Below, in pieces: positions 27,053-36,738 of a DNA stretch of 64,000 nucleotides; position 1 is the first letter of the stretch; each line of letters starts with the position of its first letter. Origin of the DNA: Bacillota bacterium (lineage in GTDB: Bacteria; Bacillota; Clostridia; Oscillospirales; QAMX01); the NCBI GenBank assembly GCA_033813635.1, contig JAPXRI010000005.1:43941-107940 (forward strand). The letters are read 5' to 3'. The translations under genes and the position numbers were made by a program. The notes below the pieces were generated by a model that did no database searches, was not told the origin of the DNA, and saw only the letters and a list, made by a program, of their open reading frames with translations.

Positions 27053-27382
27053 TTAAATATCGCGCTTAAGGCATTTTTTAAGGTCAATCCTGCCGTTTGG
27101 AAGAAAGAAAACGCCCTCGGCCTCAAGCAGCCGGCGCTGATTTTCCGCACCGCCGAAAATATTCCCCCGCGCCATATCGCCGAAGCGGGTTACAACCCTG
27201 TGGCAGGGCAGGCCCGGCGGCGCGGCGCTCATCGCGTAGCCCACCGTTCTCGCCGCTCCGGGCCTGCCGATAACCAGCGCGATCTGGCCGTAAGTCATGA
27301 CCTCCCCGGGGCGGATACGGGAGACCACCGAGTATACGTCCCCGAAAAAGCCTTTGGGCGGTTTGCTCTCGATTCTATTCAT
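27053..27382 (-). CDS. MGMT-family (O6-alkylguanine-DNA alkyltransferase C-domain-only) protein
   Basis: 109 aa with MTYGQIALVIG and PCHRVV, so the active-site Cys is retained. Confidence 0.8.
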   Translation of the reverse strand: MNRIESKPPKGFFGDVYSVVSRIRPGEVMTYGQIALVIGRPGAARTVGYAMSAAPPGLPCHRVVTRFGDMARGNIFGGAENQRRLLEAEGVFFLPNGRIDLKKCLKRDI

Positions 27383-27436
27383 GTTTTTCCATCCCCTGTA
27401 TTTTAACCCGGGAAACCTGACAGCAGCGTGTCATAT

Positions 27437-27772
27437 TTATTCGTACTGTGCGAAAATTCTTCGGCTTTTTTCCTTAATGATGTCCCTGATATGCGCGGGG
27501 GAAATCACCTTGACGTTTTCTCCGAAGCTCAATATGTAGCCGTAGATCCATTCGTCCTCGGGGAAATCGAATTCGAGGGTATAGGTTGCCGTCGCCGTTC
27601 GGACGGACGCGGTCGTCGTCATAGCCGTCGTATAGGCGGTAGATAGCATCGGCGGTGAAGCGTAGGGTTAGGCGGACGGACACGCCGAAGCGTCTGGCGA
27701 GCTCTCTCCCGCCGTCACGCTTTTGCTGTTCAGGAGGATTGTCGTAATCTCCAGAAGTCTGCGAAGTTTCAT
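27437..27772 (-). pseudogene. Decayed YafY/WYL-type transcriptional regulator (HTH fused to the C-terminal domain, with frameshifts)
   Basis: Three frames together read MKLRRLLEITTILLNSKSVTAGE / LARRFGVSVRLTLRFTADAIYRLYDGYDDDRVRPNGDG / TYTLEFDFPEDEWIYGYILSFGENVKVISPAHIRDII. That is an HTH_11-like N-terminus joined directly to a WCX-like C-terminus. The WYL core is missing and there are two frame changes. Confidence 0.6.
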
Positions 27773-27971
27773 AATGCTTTTTCCCATACAGCTGCCGGCG
27801 CCTCGTCCCACACGCGCCGCACCGCGGCATACCGATGAAAAATCCCCGTCCGGGTTATGGATTTATCCATAATAATTATATACCGTAGGGGAAGATAATC
27901 AATAATTACTTTGCATTTTCGGCACGCACGCCGGGATATTATATTATAGATTGCGGAGCGCGGAGGCCGGA

Positions 27972-28376
27972 TTATTTGTCGCTGTCGCAGTAGAGGCAGC
28001 GGTAGACCCCGCTCCTGCGGACGAAGATGTGGTCGATGCCGGGCTCGGCCGAGGTCACGCAGCGCGGATTTTTACATTTTTTAATATTGACGATCTGCTG
28101 GGGCGGCTTGATGTGGAATTTTTCCGCGAGCAGGCCGTTGTTTATTATGTTTACCGTGATGTCGGGGTCGATGTAGCCGAGAATATCCAGGTCGATATCG
28201 ATCGCGGCGTCAACCTTGATGATGTCCTTACGGCCCATCTTCGTGCTCTTGATGTTTTTTATAATGGCGACCGAGCAGTCAAGCTCATCCAACTTTAGGT
28301 AATGGTAGATTTCCATGCTCTTTCCCGCTTTGATATGGTCGATCACGATGCCGTTGGAGATGCTGTCGATATTCAT
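27972..28376 (-). CDS. pyrI: Aspartate carbamoyltransferase regulatory subunit
   Basis: 134 aa with ISNGIVIDHI and the C-terminal zinc motif CKNPRC...CLYC. Confidence 0.9.
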   Translation of the reverse strand: MNIDSISNGIVIDHIKAGKSMEIYHYLKLDELDCSVAIIKNIKSTKMGRKDIIKVDAAIDIDLDILGYIDPDITVNIINNGLLAEKFHIKPPQQIVNIKKCKNPRCVTSAEPGIDHIFVRRSGVYRCLYCDSDK

Positions 28377-28394
28377 GCTCTCTTTCTCCCGTTT

Positions 28395-29312
28395 TCAGAT
28401 TTTGATTTCAAGCAGTTTCATAATCAGCGCCATACGGATGAATTTGCCGTATTCCACCTGATTGAAGTAGCAGGCCCGCGGGTCCGCGTCGACTTCGGGC
28501 GCGATCTCGTTGACCCGCGGCAGCGGGTGGAGAATCTTCATACCGCTTTTTGCGAGAGAGAGCTTTTTCTCGTCTAAAACGTAGCTGTCCTTTAAGCGCA
28601 CGTAGTCGGCCTCGTTGAAAAAGCGCTCGCGCTGCACGCGGGTCATATAGAGCACGTCGAGCTCGCCGATGCTGTCCTCAAGCGAAGCCGTTTCGACATA
28701 GGAGAGCCCGCCGGCGTCGAGCACATCGGCCTTGATATATCCGGGCAGCACAAGCTCCGGCGGCGAGATGAACACAAACCGGATGCCGGGATACCGCGAG
28801 AGCGCGCTGACAAGGGAGTGCACCGTCCGCCCGAACATCAGATCTCCGCAGAAGCCTATCGTAAAGCCGGAGAGGCGCGAGAGCTCTTTTTGGATCGTCA
28901 GAAGGTCGGTAAGCGTCTGCGTCGGGTGGTTGTGGCCACCGTCGCCGGCGTTGATTACCGGCACCCGGGAGACCATCGAGGCGACCCGCGGAGCCCCCTC
29001 CTTCGGGTGGCGCATAGCGATGATGTCGGCGTAGCAGCCGACGGTTCTCACCGTATCGGCGATGCTCTCGCCCTTCGAGGCGGAGGAGCTTGCCGCGTCC
29101 GAAAAACCTATCACGCTGCCGCCGAGCTCGAGCATCGCGGCCTCAAAGCTCAGGCGCGTGCGCGTGCTCGGTTCGAAGAAGAGCGTGGCAAGCTTTTTCC
29201 TCCGGCAGGCGTCCGCGTAGCGGTCCCTGTCGCGGATGATGTCGGAGGCGAGCGCCAGTAGCGCGTCGATCTCATCGACGCGAAGGTCGCAGATATCGAT
29301 CAGATGTGTCAT
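28395..29312 (-). CDS. pyrB: Aspartate carbamoyltransferase catalytic subunit
   Basis: 305 aa with [17 protein letters not shown] and HPLPR motifs. Confidence 0.95.
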   Translation of the reverse strand: MTHLIDICDLRVDEIDALLALASDIIRDRDRYADACRRKKLATLFFEPSTRTRLSFEAAMLELGGSVIGFSDAASSSASKGESIADTVRTVGCYADIIAMRHPKEGAPRVASMVSRVPVINAGDGGHNHPTQTLTDLLTIQKELSRLSGFTIGFCGDLMFGRTVHSLVSALSRYPGIRFVFISPPELVLPGYIKADVLDAGGLSYVETASLEDSIGELDVLYMTRVQRERFFNEADYVRLKDSYVLDEKKLSLAKSGMKILHPLPRVNEIAPEVDADPRACYFNQVEYGKFIRMALIMKLLEIKI

Positions 29313-29313
29313 T

Positions 29314-29955
29314 TTAATCCCCTTTCCGTGTAATCCAGCGCTCGTCCGCGGGATCGTCGCGGAAGGCCTTCAGCCGCGCCACGTCGGATTCCTTTATATA
29401 CCCCTCGGCGAGGGCGGTTTTAATCAGCGAGTCGAAATCCGTCAGGCTGACGTTTTTTATGCCCGCGGACTTCAGCGCTTCGATGCCCTTTGCCATGTTG
29501 TAGGTGAAGATGCTGACGATGCCGAGCACCTCGGCCTTTGCCTCCTTTAAGACGTCCGCCACCTCGAGAACGCTTTTGCCGGTGGAGATCAGGTCCTCGA
29601 CAATCACGACGCGCCGGCCGTGGTCAAGCCTGCCCTCGATCCGGTTGCCGCGGCCGTGGTCCTTCGCGCCGGAGCGCACGTAGCCCATCGGCAGGTTCAG
29701 CAAATGCGCGACGATTGCGGCGTGGGCGATGCCGGCGGTGCTGGTCCCCATCAGGACCTCGCAGTCCGGGTAATGGGTTCTGACTGCGGCGGCCAGCGCG
29801 TTTTCAATCGCGTTTCTGACCTCAGGGGCCGTCAGCGTCAGCCTGTTGTCGCAGTAGATCGGGCTTTTGATGCCGCTCGCCCAGACAAAGGGATCGTCCG
29901 GCCGCAGAAATACGGCGCGGATCGAGAGCAGATATTTCGCGATGTCGTCCTTCAT
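29314..29955 (-). CDS. pyrE: Orotate phosphoribosyltransferase
   Basis: The ORF is trimmed to [10 protein letters not shown] (ATG 29955, which overlaps the pyrF stop as TAATG). PRPP motif [11 protein letters not shown]. Confidence 0.9.
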   Translation of the reverse strand: MKDDIAKYLLSIRAVFLRPDDPFVWASGIKSPIYCDNRLTLTAPEVRNAIENALAAAVRTHYPDCEVLMGTSTAGIAHAAIVAHLLNLPMGYVRSGAKDHGRGNRIEGRLDHGRRVVIVEDLISTGKSVLEVADVLKEAKAEVLGIVSIFTYNMAKGIEALKSAGIKNVSLTDFDSLIKTALAEGYIKESDVARLKAFRDDPADERWITRKGD

Positions 29956-30659
29956 TAGAAACACTCCCTGCCTAAAAATTCCGCTCTGCATCTTTGGTAA
30001 GCCGCCGCCGGGTCCTGCGCCGCCGTAATCGAGCGGCCCACCACGATGAAATCGCTGCCGAGCGCAGCCGCGCCGGAGGGCGTCGCGGTACGCGCCTGGT
30101 CGTCCGCGCAATCCCCGGCAAGGCGTATGCCCGGCGTCACCGCGACGAAGCTTTTGCCGCAGGCGGCCTTGACCGCGCCGACCTCCAGCGGGGAGCAGAC
30201 GACGCCGTCGCCACCGGCCTTCTTGGTGTTTTTCGCGTAAGCGATGACCGTGTCCATCATCGACTCGCCGATTAAAAGCTCGTTTTGCATGCACTCCTCG
30301 GTCGTTGAGGTGAGCTGCGTCACGGCGACCAACAGCGGGCGCGGTCCGTCCCCGAGCCCGTCGAGTGCGGCGGATATCATCGCCGTCGTCCCCGCGGCGT
30401 GGACATTGATTATGTCCGCGTCAAGCGATTTCAGAACGCGCATTGTTTTTCTGACGGTGTTTGGGATATCGTGCAGCTTCAGATCCAGAAATACCCTGTG
30501 CCCGCGGGCCTTAAGCTCGCGTACGACCCCGGGCCCGTCTGCGCAGAAAAGCTCCATCCCGATTTTGACAAACGGTTTTTGATCTCGAAAGCGGGATAAA
30601 AAGGCGAAGACCTCGCCGGCGGAGTCGAAATCCAGCGCGATGATGACGTCCTTTTCCAT
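29955..30659 (-). CDS. pyrF: Orotidine-5'-phosphate decarboxylase
   Basis: 234 aa with IIALDF, VKIGMELF and FLDLKLHDIPNT motifs. Confidence 0.9.
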   Translation of the reverse strand: MEKDVIIALDFDSAGEVFAFLSRFRDQKPFVKIGMELFCADGPGVVRELKARGHRVFLDLKLHDIPNTVRKTMRVLKSLDADIINVHAAGTTAMISAALDGLGDGPRPLLVAVTQLTSTTEECMQNELLIGESMMDTVIAYAKNTKKAGGDGVVCSPLEVGAVKAACGKSFVAVTPGIRLAGDCADDQARTATPSGAAALGSDFIVVGRSITAAQDPAAAYQRCRAEFLGRECF

Positions 30660-30683
30660 ATCATAATCCTTTCAGTTAAGTAT

Positions 30684-31601
30684 TTAGCCGCCGTGCGCGG
30701 CCCCGACCGCGTCGCGCAGGCGCCGGATCCCTAGGCCGTCGCAGACCCTGTGCAGGCTTTCGACGATGTTTTTGCAGGCGTAGGGGTCTACGAGGTTTGC
30801 CGAGCCGATCTGGACGGCCGAGGCGCCGGCCGCAGCCATCTCGATCACGTCATCGGCGGATGAAACACCGCCGACGCCGATGATAGGGATTTTAACGGCG
30901 CGGTATACCTCGTAAACCATCCTGAGCGCTACCGGCAGCACCGCCGGGCCGGAGAGCCCGCCAAAGATGTTTTTAAGGACCGGGCGGAGGGTTCTCAGGT
31001 CAATCCGCATCCCGAGCAGCGTGTTGATCAGGCATATTCCGTCGGCACCCTCGCTCTCGCACGCCCGGGCGATCTCGGCGATGTCGGCGACGTTCGGGCT
31101 CAGCTTGACAAAAATCGGCTTTTTCGTCGCAGCCCTTGCCGCCCGGGTAATCTCCGCCGCGCCGGAAGCCGTCTTCCCGAAGCTCATGCCCCCGTGGGAG
31201 ACGTTGGGGCAGCTGATGTTGAGCTCGACGATGTCGGCGCAGCCGCAGTCCTCTGCCCGGGCGCAGCAGTACGCGTAATCCTCCTCGCAAAAGCCGCTGA
31301 CGTTCAGGATAATCGGGTTTTTGAAATGCTTCCGAAGCTCCGGGAGCTCCCGCGAAAGCACCGTCTCTATCCCGGGGTTTTGCAGCCCGACCGAGTTCAG
31401 CAGCCCGGAGGGCGTCTCGGCGACGCGGGGGCCGGGATTGCCGGAGCGGGGAAGGCGCGTCGTCCCCTTGACGGCGATTGCGCCGAGCAGGTTCAAATCG
31501 TATAGCTCCCAAAACTCCGCGCCGTAGCCGAAGGTGCCGCTGGCCGGGATTACCGGGTTTTTCAGCGAAACACGGCCGAGGTCAACGCTTAAATCCGCCA
31601 T
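30684..31601 (-). CDS. pyrD: Dihydroorotate dehydrogenase (class 1B) catalytic subunit
   Basis: 305 aa with NPVIPASGTFG, ELNISCPN and IGVGGV motifs. Confidence 0.9.
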   Translation of the reverse strand: MADLSVDLGRVSLKNPVIPASGTFGYGAEFWELYDLNLLGAIAVKGTTRLPRSGNPGPRVAETPSGLLNSVGLQNPGIETVLSRELPELRKHFKNPIILNVSGFCEEDYAYCCARAEDCGCADIVELNISCPNVSHGGMSFGKTASGAAEITRAARAATKKPIFVKLSPNVADIAEIARACESEGADGICLINTLLGMRIDLRTLRPVLKNIFGGLSGPAVLPVALRMVYEVYRAVKIPIIGVGGVSSADDVIEMAAAGASAVQIGSANLVDPYACKNIVESLHRVCDGLGIRRLRDAVGAAHGG

Positions 31602-32332
31602 AATATTTCCTCCGTTTTGAACACGGGCCCGTCCCTGCAGACGCGCTTCATTCCGGAGACCGTCTCGATCGCGCAGCCCATGCAGGCGCCGAACCCGCAG
31701 GCCATCCTGGCCTCGAAGCTGTATTGCCCGGGCGTGTCGCGGAGGCTGCGGAGGGCTTTGAGCATCGGCATCGGTCCGCAGGCGAGGACATAGTCGTAAT
31801 CGAGCTTAAGCTTTTTTATCACGTCCGTAACGAATCCCTTTTCTCCGAGGCTTCCGTCCACCGTCGAGACGACGACTCTGCAGCCGAGCGCCTCGAATTC
31901 TTCAATATAAAAGGACTCTTCACTCGTGTTGAAGCCGAGAACCACTGTGAGTTTCTCCCGCTCCGGCAGCCGCTTTGCGAGGCCGTAGAGCGGCGGGATG
32001 CCGATGCCGCCGCCCACCGCCAGCGGGCGCTCGGTATTTACCCGCAGGTCGAAGCCGTTGCCGAGCCCGGCGAGCATCTCGAGGCTTGCGCCGGGAGCCG
32101 TCCCGGCGAGGATTTCAGTCCCTTTGCCGACGACCTTGTAGATCATCTCAAAGCCGCCGGGATAAAAGTCGCTTACGGATATCGGGCGACGGAGGTAGCA
32201 GCCGGATAGCGCGACGCCGGCAAACTGTCCCGGCGCGGTAAAGCAGGCCGCGTCCCCCGAAAAGCGGGCAAGGCGAATGTTTTTCGCGATCTCTTCGTTT
32301 GATAAAAGTGTGCAGCTCTGTTTTCTCAGCAT
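31589..32332 (-). CDS. pyrK: Dihydroorotate dehydrogenase electron-transfer subunit
   Basis: 247 aa with the C-terminal 2Fe-2S motif CGFGACMGC...C. It overlaps pyrD by 13 nt. Confidence 0.85.
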   Translation of the reverse strand: MLRKQSCTLLSNEEIAKNIRLARFSGDAACFTAPGQFAGVALSGCYLRRPISVSDFYPGGFEMIYKVVGKGTEILAGTAPGASLEMLAGLGNGFDLRVNTERPLAVGGGIGIPPLYGLAKRLPEREKLTVVLGFNTSEESFYIEEFEALGCRVVVSTVDGSLGEKGFVTDVIKKLKLDYDYVLACGPMPMLKALRSLRDTPGQYSFEARMACGFGACMGCAIETVSGMKRVCRDGPVFKTEEILWRI

Positions 32333-32395
32333 CGTATCCCCCGTTTAGACAAAATCGAATGCCGCGTGCGCTCGGTTCACGGGCTTAATCCAGCG

Positions 32396-33706
32396 TCATA
32401 TTGCGTTTCCGACGCCGCGCATCCGCGCGCCGTATCTGTCGTCAATCCATACCGTTTCGCCCCTGTAAAGAGCCAGAACGCAGCTTCCCCATACATCCGC
32501 GCCCTCAAAGGGCGTGCTCTTTCCCAGCGATATGAATCTCGCGGGGTCAATTTTATACCGGCTTTCTAGGGAGAAAACCGAGATGTCCGCGGGCTTCCCC
32601 GCCTTAATTCCACATTCGAGGTCAAACGCCGCGGCGGCGGAGACGCTCATCAGCCGTATAAGGCGGCCGAGGCTCAAAAGCCCGGTTTTAACAAGCCCGG
32701 TATACAGGACCGGGAACACGCACTCGAGACCGGTAATTCCCATCGCGCTGCCGGCAAGGCCGTTGCTTTTTTCCGCTTGCGCGTGGGGAGCGTGGTCGGT
32801 GGCGATCATGTCGATCGTACCGTCGGCAAGGCCCTCGCGGAGCGCCTCCATATCGGCCCTCGCCCTGAGCGGCGGATTCATCCTATACCGCCCGTCGTCC
32901 TTCAAATCCTCGTCGCACAGCAGCAGGTAGTGCGGGGCCGTCTCGCAGGTGACGTTCACGCCGCGGCGCTTGGCATCCCTGATTAAAGCGACGCTCTCCT
33001 TTGTCGAGACATGGCAGACATGGTAGCGGCACCCCGTTTTTTCGGCAAGAGATAAGTCTCGTTTGACCATCCGCCACTCGCTCTCCGAGCTGATGCCCCG
33101 CAGGCCGCGCCGCGCCGCATACTGCCCGGCGTGGATGATCCCGTCCGCGGCGAGCGCGTTGTCCTCGCAGTGGGCGGCTATGACTTTGCCGAGGCGCTTT
33201 GCAGAAAGCATCGCTTTTTCCATCACATCTGCGTCTGAGACGCCGGAGCCGTCGTCCGAAAAGCCGGCGACGTACGGCGAGATCGCCTCCATATCCGAGA
33301 GCTCCTCCCCGGCGCGGTTTTTCGTGATGCAGCCGTAGGGACGGACGCCTATGCAGGCGTCTTTTTTTATTATGTCGAGTTCCTTTTGGAGCGTACCCGG
33401 GCAGTCCGGCGCGGGGTTTAGGTTCGGCATCGCGCAGAGGGTGGTATAGCCGCTTTTCGCGGCGGCCAAAGCGCCGGTGCGAATCGTCTCCTTATATGAA
33501 AATCCGGGCTCCCGAAGATGTACATGGACATCGACGAGGCCCGGAAATACGAACAGTGATTTTAAGTTGTAAACAGCGTCAAAGCCTTTTGATGAAATAT
33601 GAGGGGAAATGAAATCAATTTTTCCGTCCGAAACGGAAATATCGCATTTTGAAAATGAATCGCCTCTCTCCGTGTAAACGGTTCCGCCGGACAGCAGGAG
33701 CTTCAT
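32396..33706 (-). CDS. pyrC: Dihydroorotase
   Basis: 436 aa with PGLVDVHVHLREPG and ATDHAPH motifs. Confidence 0.9.
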   Translation of the reverse strand: MKLLLSGGTVYTERGDSFSKCDISVSDGKIDFISPHISSKGFDAVYNLKSLFVFPGLVDVHVHLREPGFSYKETIRTGALAAAKSGYTTLCAMPNLNPAPDCPGTLQKELDIIKKDACIGVRPYGCITKNRAGEELSDMEAISPYVAGFSDDGSGVSDADVMEKAMLSAKRLGKVIAAHCEDNALAADGIIHAGQYAARRGLRGISSESEWRMVKRDLSLAEKTGCRYHVCHVSTKESVALIRDAKRRGVNVTCETAPHYLLLCDEDLKDDGRYRMNPPLRARADMEALREGLADGTIDMIATDHAPHAQAEKSNGLAGSAMGITGLECVFPVLYTGLVKTGLLSLGRLIRLMSVSAAAAFDLECGIKAGKPADISVFSLESRYKIDPARFISLGKSTPFEGADVWGSCVLALYRGETVWIDDRYGARMRGVGNAI

Positions 33707-33736
33707 TTCCTCACCTCTGAAACTTTCTTTCCGGCT

Positions 33737-33765
33737 ATATTACCATAAACGGGAGGCGAATACAA
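33737..33765 (-). promoter_or_regulatory. Candidate sigma-A promoter of the pyr operon
   Basis: The minus strand reads TTGTAT-17 nt-TAATAT, about 30 nt upstream of the pyrC ATG. Confidence 0.45.
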
Positions 33766-33828
33766 GAGGATTCTCTCCGCACAATCAGATTCCGCTTCTG
33801 CGACAAGAAAGCAAGCGGCGCGGGCTGT

Positions 33829-35262
33829 TTACTTGGCGGGTTCGCCGAGCGCCTTCATCACGAGCCGCTGAATCAGCTCGGGATTGCCGAGGCCGTCCGT
33901 CTTCGCGATCGTCTGGCCGATAATCGCCTTCGCCGCGGCGGTCTTTCCCTTCTTGTAATCGGCGACGGATTTCGGGTTTTCCGCCATCGCTTCGGCGACG
34001 AGCTTTGAAAGGAGGGCTTCGTCGTTGATCTGGTAGAGCCCGCGCTCCTCGACCAGTCGCACCGGGTCAACGACACCCCGGGAGAGCTCTTTGATAAGCT
34101 GCTTCGCCGTTCCGGCATTGATCTTGCCGTCGCCCGCAAGGTCGCAGACAGAGGCCATGCCCTTTGCGGAGACAGGGACCTCGCCGCCGTCCGGCGGGAC
34201 GAGCTTGATCACCTCGGATATGGCGAAATTCGCCGCAAGCTTCGGGTAGCGGGTCATTTTCGCCGCGGTCTCGAACCAGTCCGCGACCGCGCGCTCCGTG
34301 GTCAGCAGCTCGGCGTCCAACGGGGTAAGCCCGTATTCTCCGATGTAGCGGCGTTTTCTCTCGTCCGGGAGCGCGGGGATCTCGCTTTTCAGACGGGAGA
34401 GCATCACGCTGTCGGTGACAATCGGCGGAAGATCCGGGTCTGGAAAATATCGGTAGTCGTTGGCGTTTTCCTTCGAGCGCATCGGGAAGGTTTTGCCGGT
34501 GGCCTCGTCGAAGCGCCTTGTCTCCTGGATAATCGTCTCCCCGTTCTCGACAGCCTCCACCTGGCGCCGAAACTCGTACTCGATTGCCTTGGCGACGAAG
34601 ACGAAGGAATTGATGTTTTTCATCTCGGTCCGCGTGTTCAGAACGTTCTCGCCCTTTTTGCGGACGGAGAGGTTGACGTCGCAGCGCATAGAGCCCTCGT
34701 TCATTTTGCAGTCCGATACGCCGGTATAGAGGATGACCGCGCGCATCTTCTTTAAATAGGCGACGGCTTCGTCGGGGGAGCGCAGGTCGGGTTCGGAGAC
34801 AATTTCGATCAGCGGCACGCCGCAGCGGTTGCAGTCGATCATCGTGCCGTGTTTAGCGTCGTGGATCAGCTTCCCGGCGTCCTCCTCAATGTGGATCCGG
34901 GTGATGCCGATGCGCTTTACGCCCGAGGGCGTCTCAATGTCGACGCCGCCGTTCTCACAGAGGGGCAGGTCGTACTGCGAGATCTGATAGGCCTTGGGCA
35001 GATCGGGGTAAAAATAGTTTTTCCTGTCCTGCTTTGAAAAGCTCGAAATGCGGCAGCCCGTGGCGAGACCGGCTTTGATCGCGTACTCTACCACCTTTTT
35101 ATTCAGCACCGGCAGCGTGCCGGGCATGCCCATGCAAACCGGGCAGCACTGGGTGTTCGGCGGCGCGCCGAAGGCGGTTTTGCAGCCGCAGAATATCTTT
35201 GTGTCGGTTTTCAGCTCCATATGGACCTCTAGGCCGATGACCGGCTCGTAATCGCTAAACAT
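33829..35262 (-). CDS. gatB: Asp/Glu-tRNA amidotransferase subunit B
   Basis: 477 aa. The N-terminus [23 protein letters not shown] and the C-terminal YqeY-like tail are present. Confidence 0.95.
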   Translation of the reverse strand: MFSDYEPVIGLEVHMELKTDTKIFCGCKTAFGAPPNTQCCPVCMGMPGTLPVLNKKVVEYAIKAGLATGCRISSFSKQDRKNYFYPDLPKAYQISQYDLPLCENGGVDIETPSGVKRIGITRIHIEEDAGKLIHDAKHGTMIDCNRCGVPLIEIVSEPDLRSPDEAVAYLKKMRAVILYTGVSDCKMNEGSMRCDVNLSVRKKGENVLNTRTEMKNINSFVFVAKAIEYEFRRQVEAVENGETIIQETRRFDEATGKTFPMRSKENANDYRYFPDPDLPPIVTDSVMLSRLKSEIPALPDERKRRYIGEYGLTPLDAELLTTERAVADWFETAAKMTRYPKLAANFAISEVIKLVPPDGGEVPVSAKGMASVCDLAGDGKINAGTAKQLIKELSRGVVDPVRLVEERGLYQINDEALLSKLVAEAMAENPKSVADYKKGKTAAAKAIIGQTIAKTDGLGNPELIQRLVMKALGEPAK

Positions 35263-36706
35263 TGGCTTTACCCCCTTTGACGTCCTGTTCGAAGGCGTAG
35301 GCGGCGCGGTAGATCTGCGGCTCGGCGAACGCCTTGCCGACGAGCTGCATGCCGACCGGCAAGCCGTTACTGTCCGTTCCGCAGGGTACGGACATCGCCG
35401 GCAGGCCGGCGATGCTGACCGGGACCGTGCAGATGTCCCCGGCGTACATCTCGAGCGGATTTGTTATCTTCTCTCCGATGCGGTACGCGGTCGTCGGCGC
35501 CGTGGGCGAAAGGATCAGGTCCCAGTTCTCGAAAACGCGGCTGAAATCGCGCATAATCAGGCTCCTTACCTTCTGGGCCTTTTTGTAGTAGGCGTCGTAA
35601 TAGCCGCTGGAGAGGGCGAAGGTGCCGAGCATTATGCGGCACTTGACCTCATCGCCGAAGCCCTCGCTGCGGGAGTTCTCGTAGAGCTCGTCGATCCCGG
35701 AGAATTCCGAGGCCGCGCGGCCGAAGCGTATGCCGTCGAACCGTGCGAGGTTCGACGACGCCTCCGCGCTGGAGATCACGTAATAGGCGGCGAGGGCGTA
35801 GTCGAAGGTCGGTATCGAGACATAGTCTATGATTGCGCCCAGGCGCTCGAATCTCTTCGCGGCGTTTTGGACGCTCTCCTTTACCTCTTTGCCGATGCCG
35901 GGACCGTAAAACTCCTTCGGCAGGGCGATTTTCATGCCTGCGACGTCTTTTCCGAGGAGCGCCGTATAATCCGGCCGCGGCGCACTGAGGCTTGTGGCGT
36001 CCCGGACGTCGTGTCCGGAGATGGCGTTCAGCACAAGGGCGTTGTCCCGCACGGTTCCGGTGATCGGGCCGATCTGGTCAAGGGACGAGGCGAACGCCAC
36101 AAGGCCGTAGCGCGAGACGCTGCCGTAGGTCGGCTTAATGCCGACGACACCGCAGAACGCGGAGGGCTGGCGGATTGAGCCGCCGGTATCCGACCCGAGG
36201 GCGAACGGGACTTCGCCTGCGGCGACGGCCGCGGCGGAGCCGCCCGAGCTTCCGCCGGGCACGCGGGAGGTGTCGCGGGGGTTTCTGGTCACTTTGACCG
36301 CGGAGTTCTCTGTGGATGAGCCCATCGCGAATTCATCCATGTTGAGTTTACCGAGCAGCGGACAGCAGGCGAGGCGCTCCGCGACGTCTGCGTCGTAGGG
36401 CGGGACGAAGTTCTCGAGCATTTTCGAAGCGCAGGTGGTTTTTACGCCGCTGGTGCAGATATTATCCTTCAGCCCGACAGGAATCCCCGCCAGCGGCGGA
36501 AGGGATTCGCCAGACGCGCGCTTTTTGTCTGTCTCTTCCGCCGTGGCCAGCGCTTTATCGGCGCAGACGGTCAAAAAAGCGTCTATTTCGGGCTCTTTTT
36601 TGTCGATCTGCGCAAGGTACGCGCGCGTTATCTCCGAGGAGGCAAGCTCTCTCCGGGACAAAAGTCCGGAGAGCTCGGATACCGTTTTATTCAAAATGCC
36701 GTTCAT
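35255..36706 (-). CDS. gatA: Asp/Glu-tRNA amidotransferase subunit A
   Basis: 483 aa with the amidase signature [12 protein letters not shown]...[11 protein letters not shown]. Confidence 0.95.
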   Translation of the reverse strand: MNGILNKTVSELSGLLSRRELASSEITRAYLAQIDKKEPEIDAFLTVCADKALATAEETDKKRASGESLPPLAGIPVGLKDNICTSGVKTTCASKMLENFVPPYDADVAERLACCPLLGKLNMDEFAMGSSTENSAVKVTRNPRDTSRVPGGSSGGSAAAVAAGEVPFALGSDTGGSIRQPSAFCGVVGIKPTYGSVSRYGLVAFASSLDQIGPITGTVRDNALVLNAISGHDVRDATSLSAPRPDYTALLGKDVAGMKIALPKEFYGPGIGKEVKESVQNAAKRFERLGAIIDYVSIPTFDYALAAYYVISSAEASSNLARFDGIRFGRAASEFSGIDELYENSRSEGFGDEVKCRIMLGTFALSSGYYDAYYKKAQKVRSLIMRDFSRVFENWDLILSPTAPTTAYRIGEKITNPLEMYAGDICTVPVSIAGLPAMSVPCGTDSNGLPVGMQLVGKAFAEPQIYRAAYAFEQDVKGGKANV

Positions 36707-36738
36707 TTTTAACCTCCTTAATCTGCAGAGCGCGCCAT

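Noticed and set aside
29956-30294. 113-codon N-terminal extension of the pyrE ORF
   Set aside because: The Arg/Gly-rich extension overlaps pyrF in another frame. The conserved PyrE N-terminus begins at the ATG that forms a TAATG overlap with the pyrF stop.
33707-33828. Possible PyrR-binding attenuator upstream of pyrC (GGAGAGAATCC resembles the PyrR loop)
   Set aside because: The element lies upstream of the best promoter candidate. No terminator/antiterminator pair follows it, and no pyrR gene is in the window.
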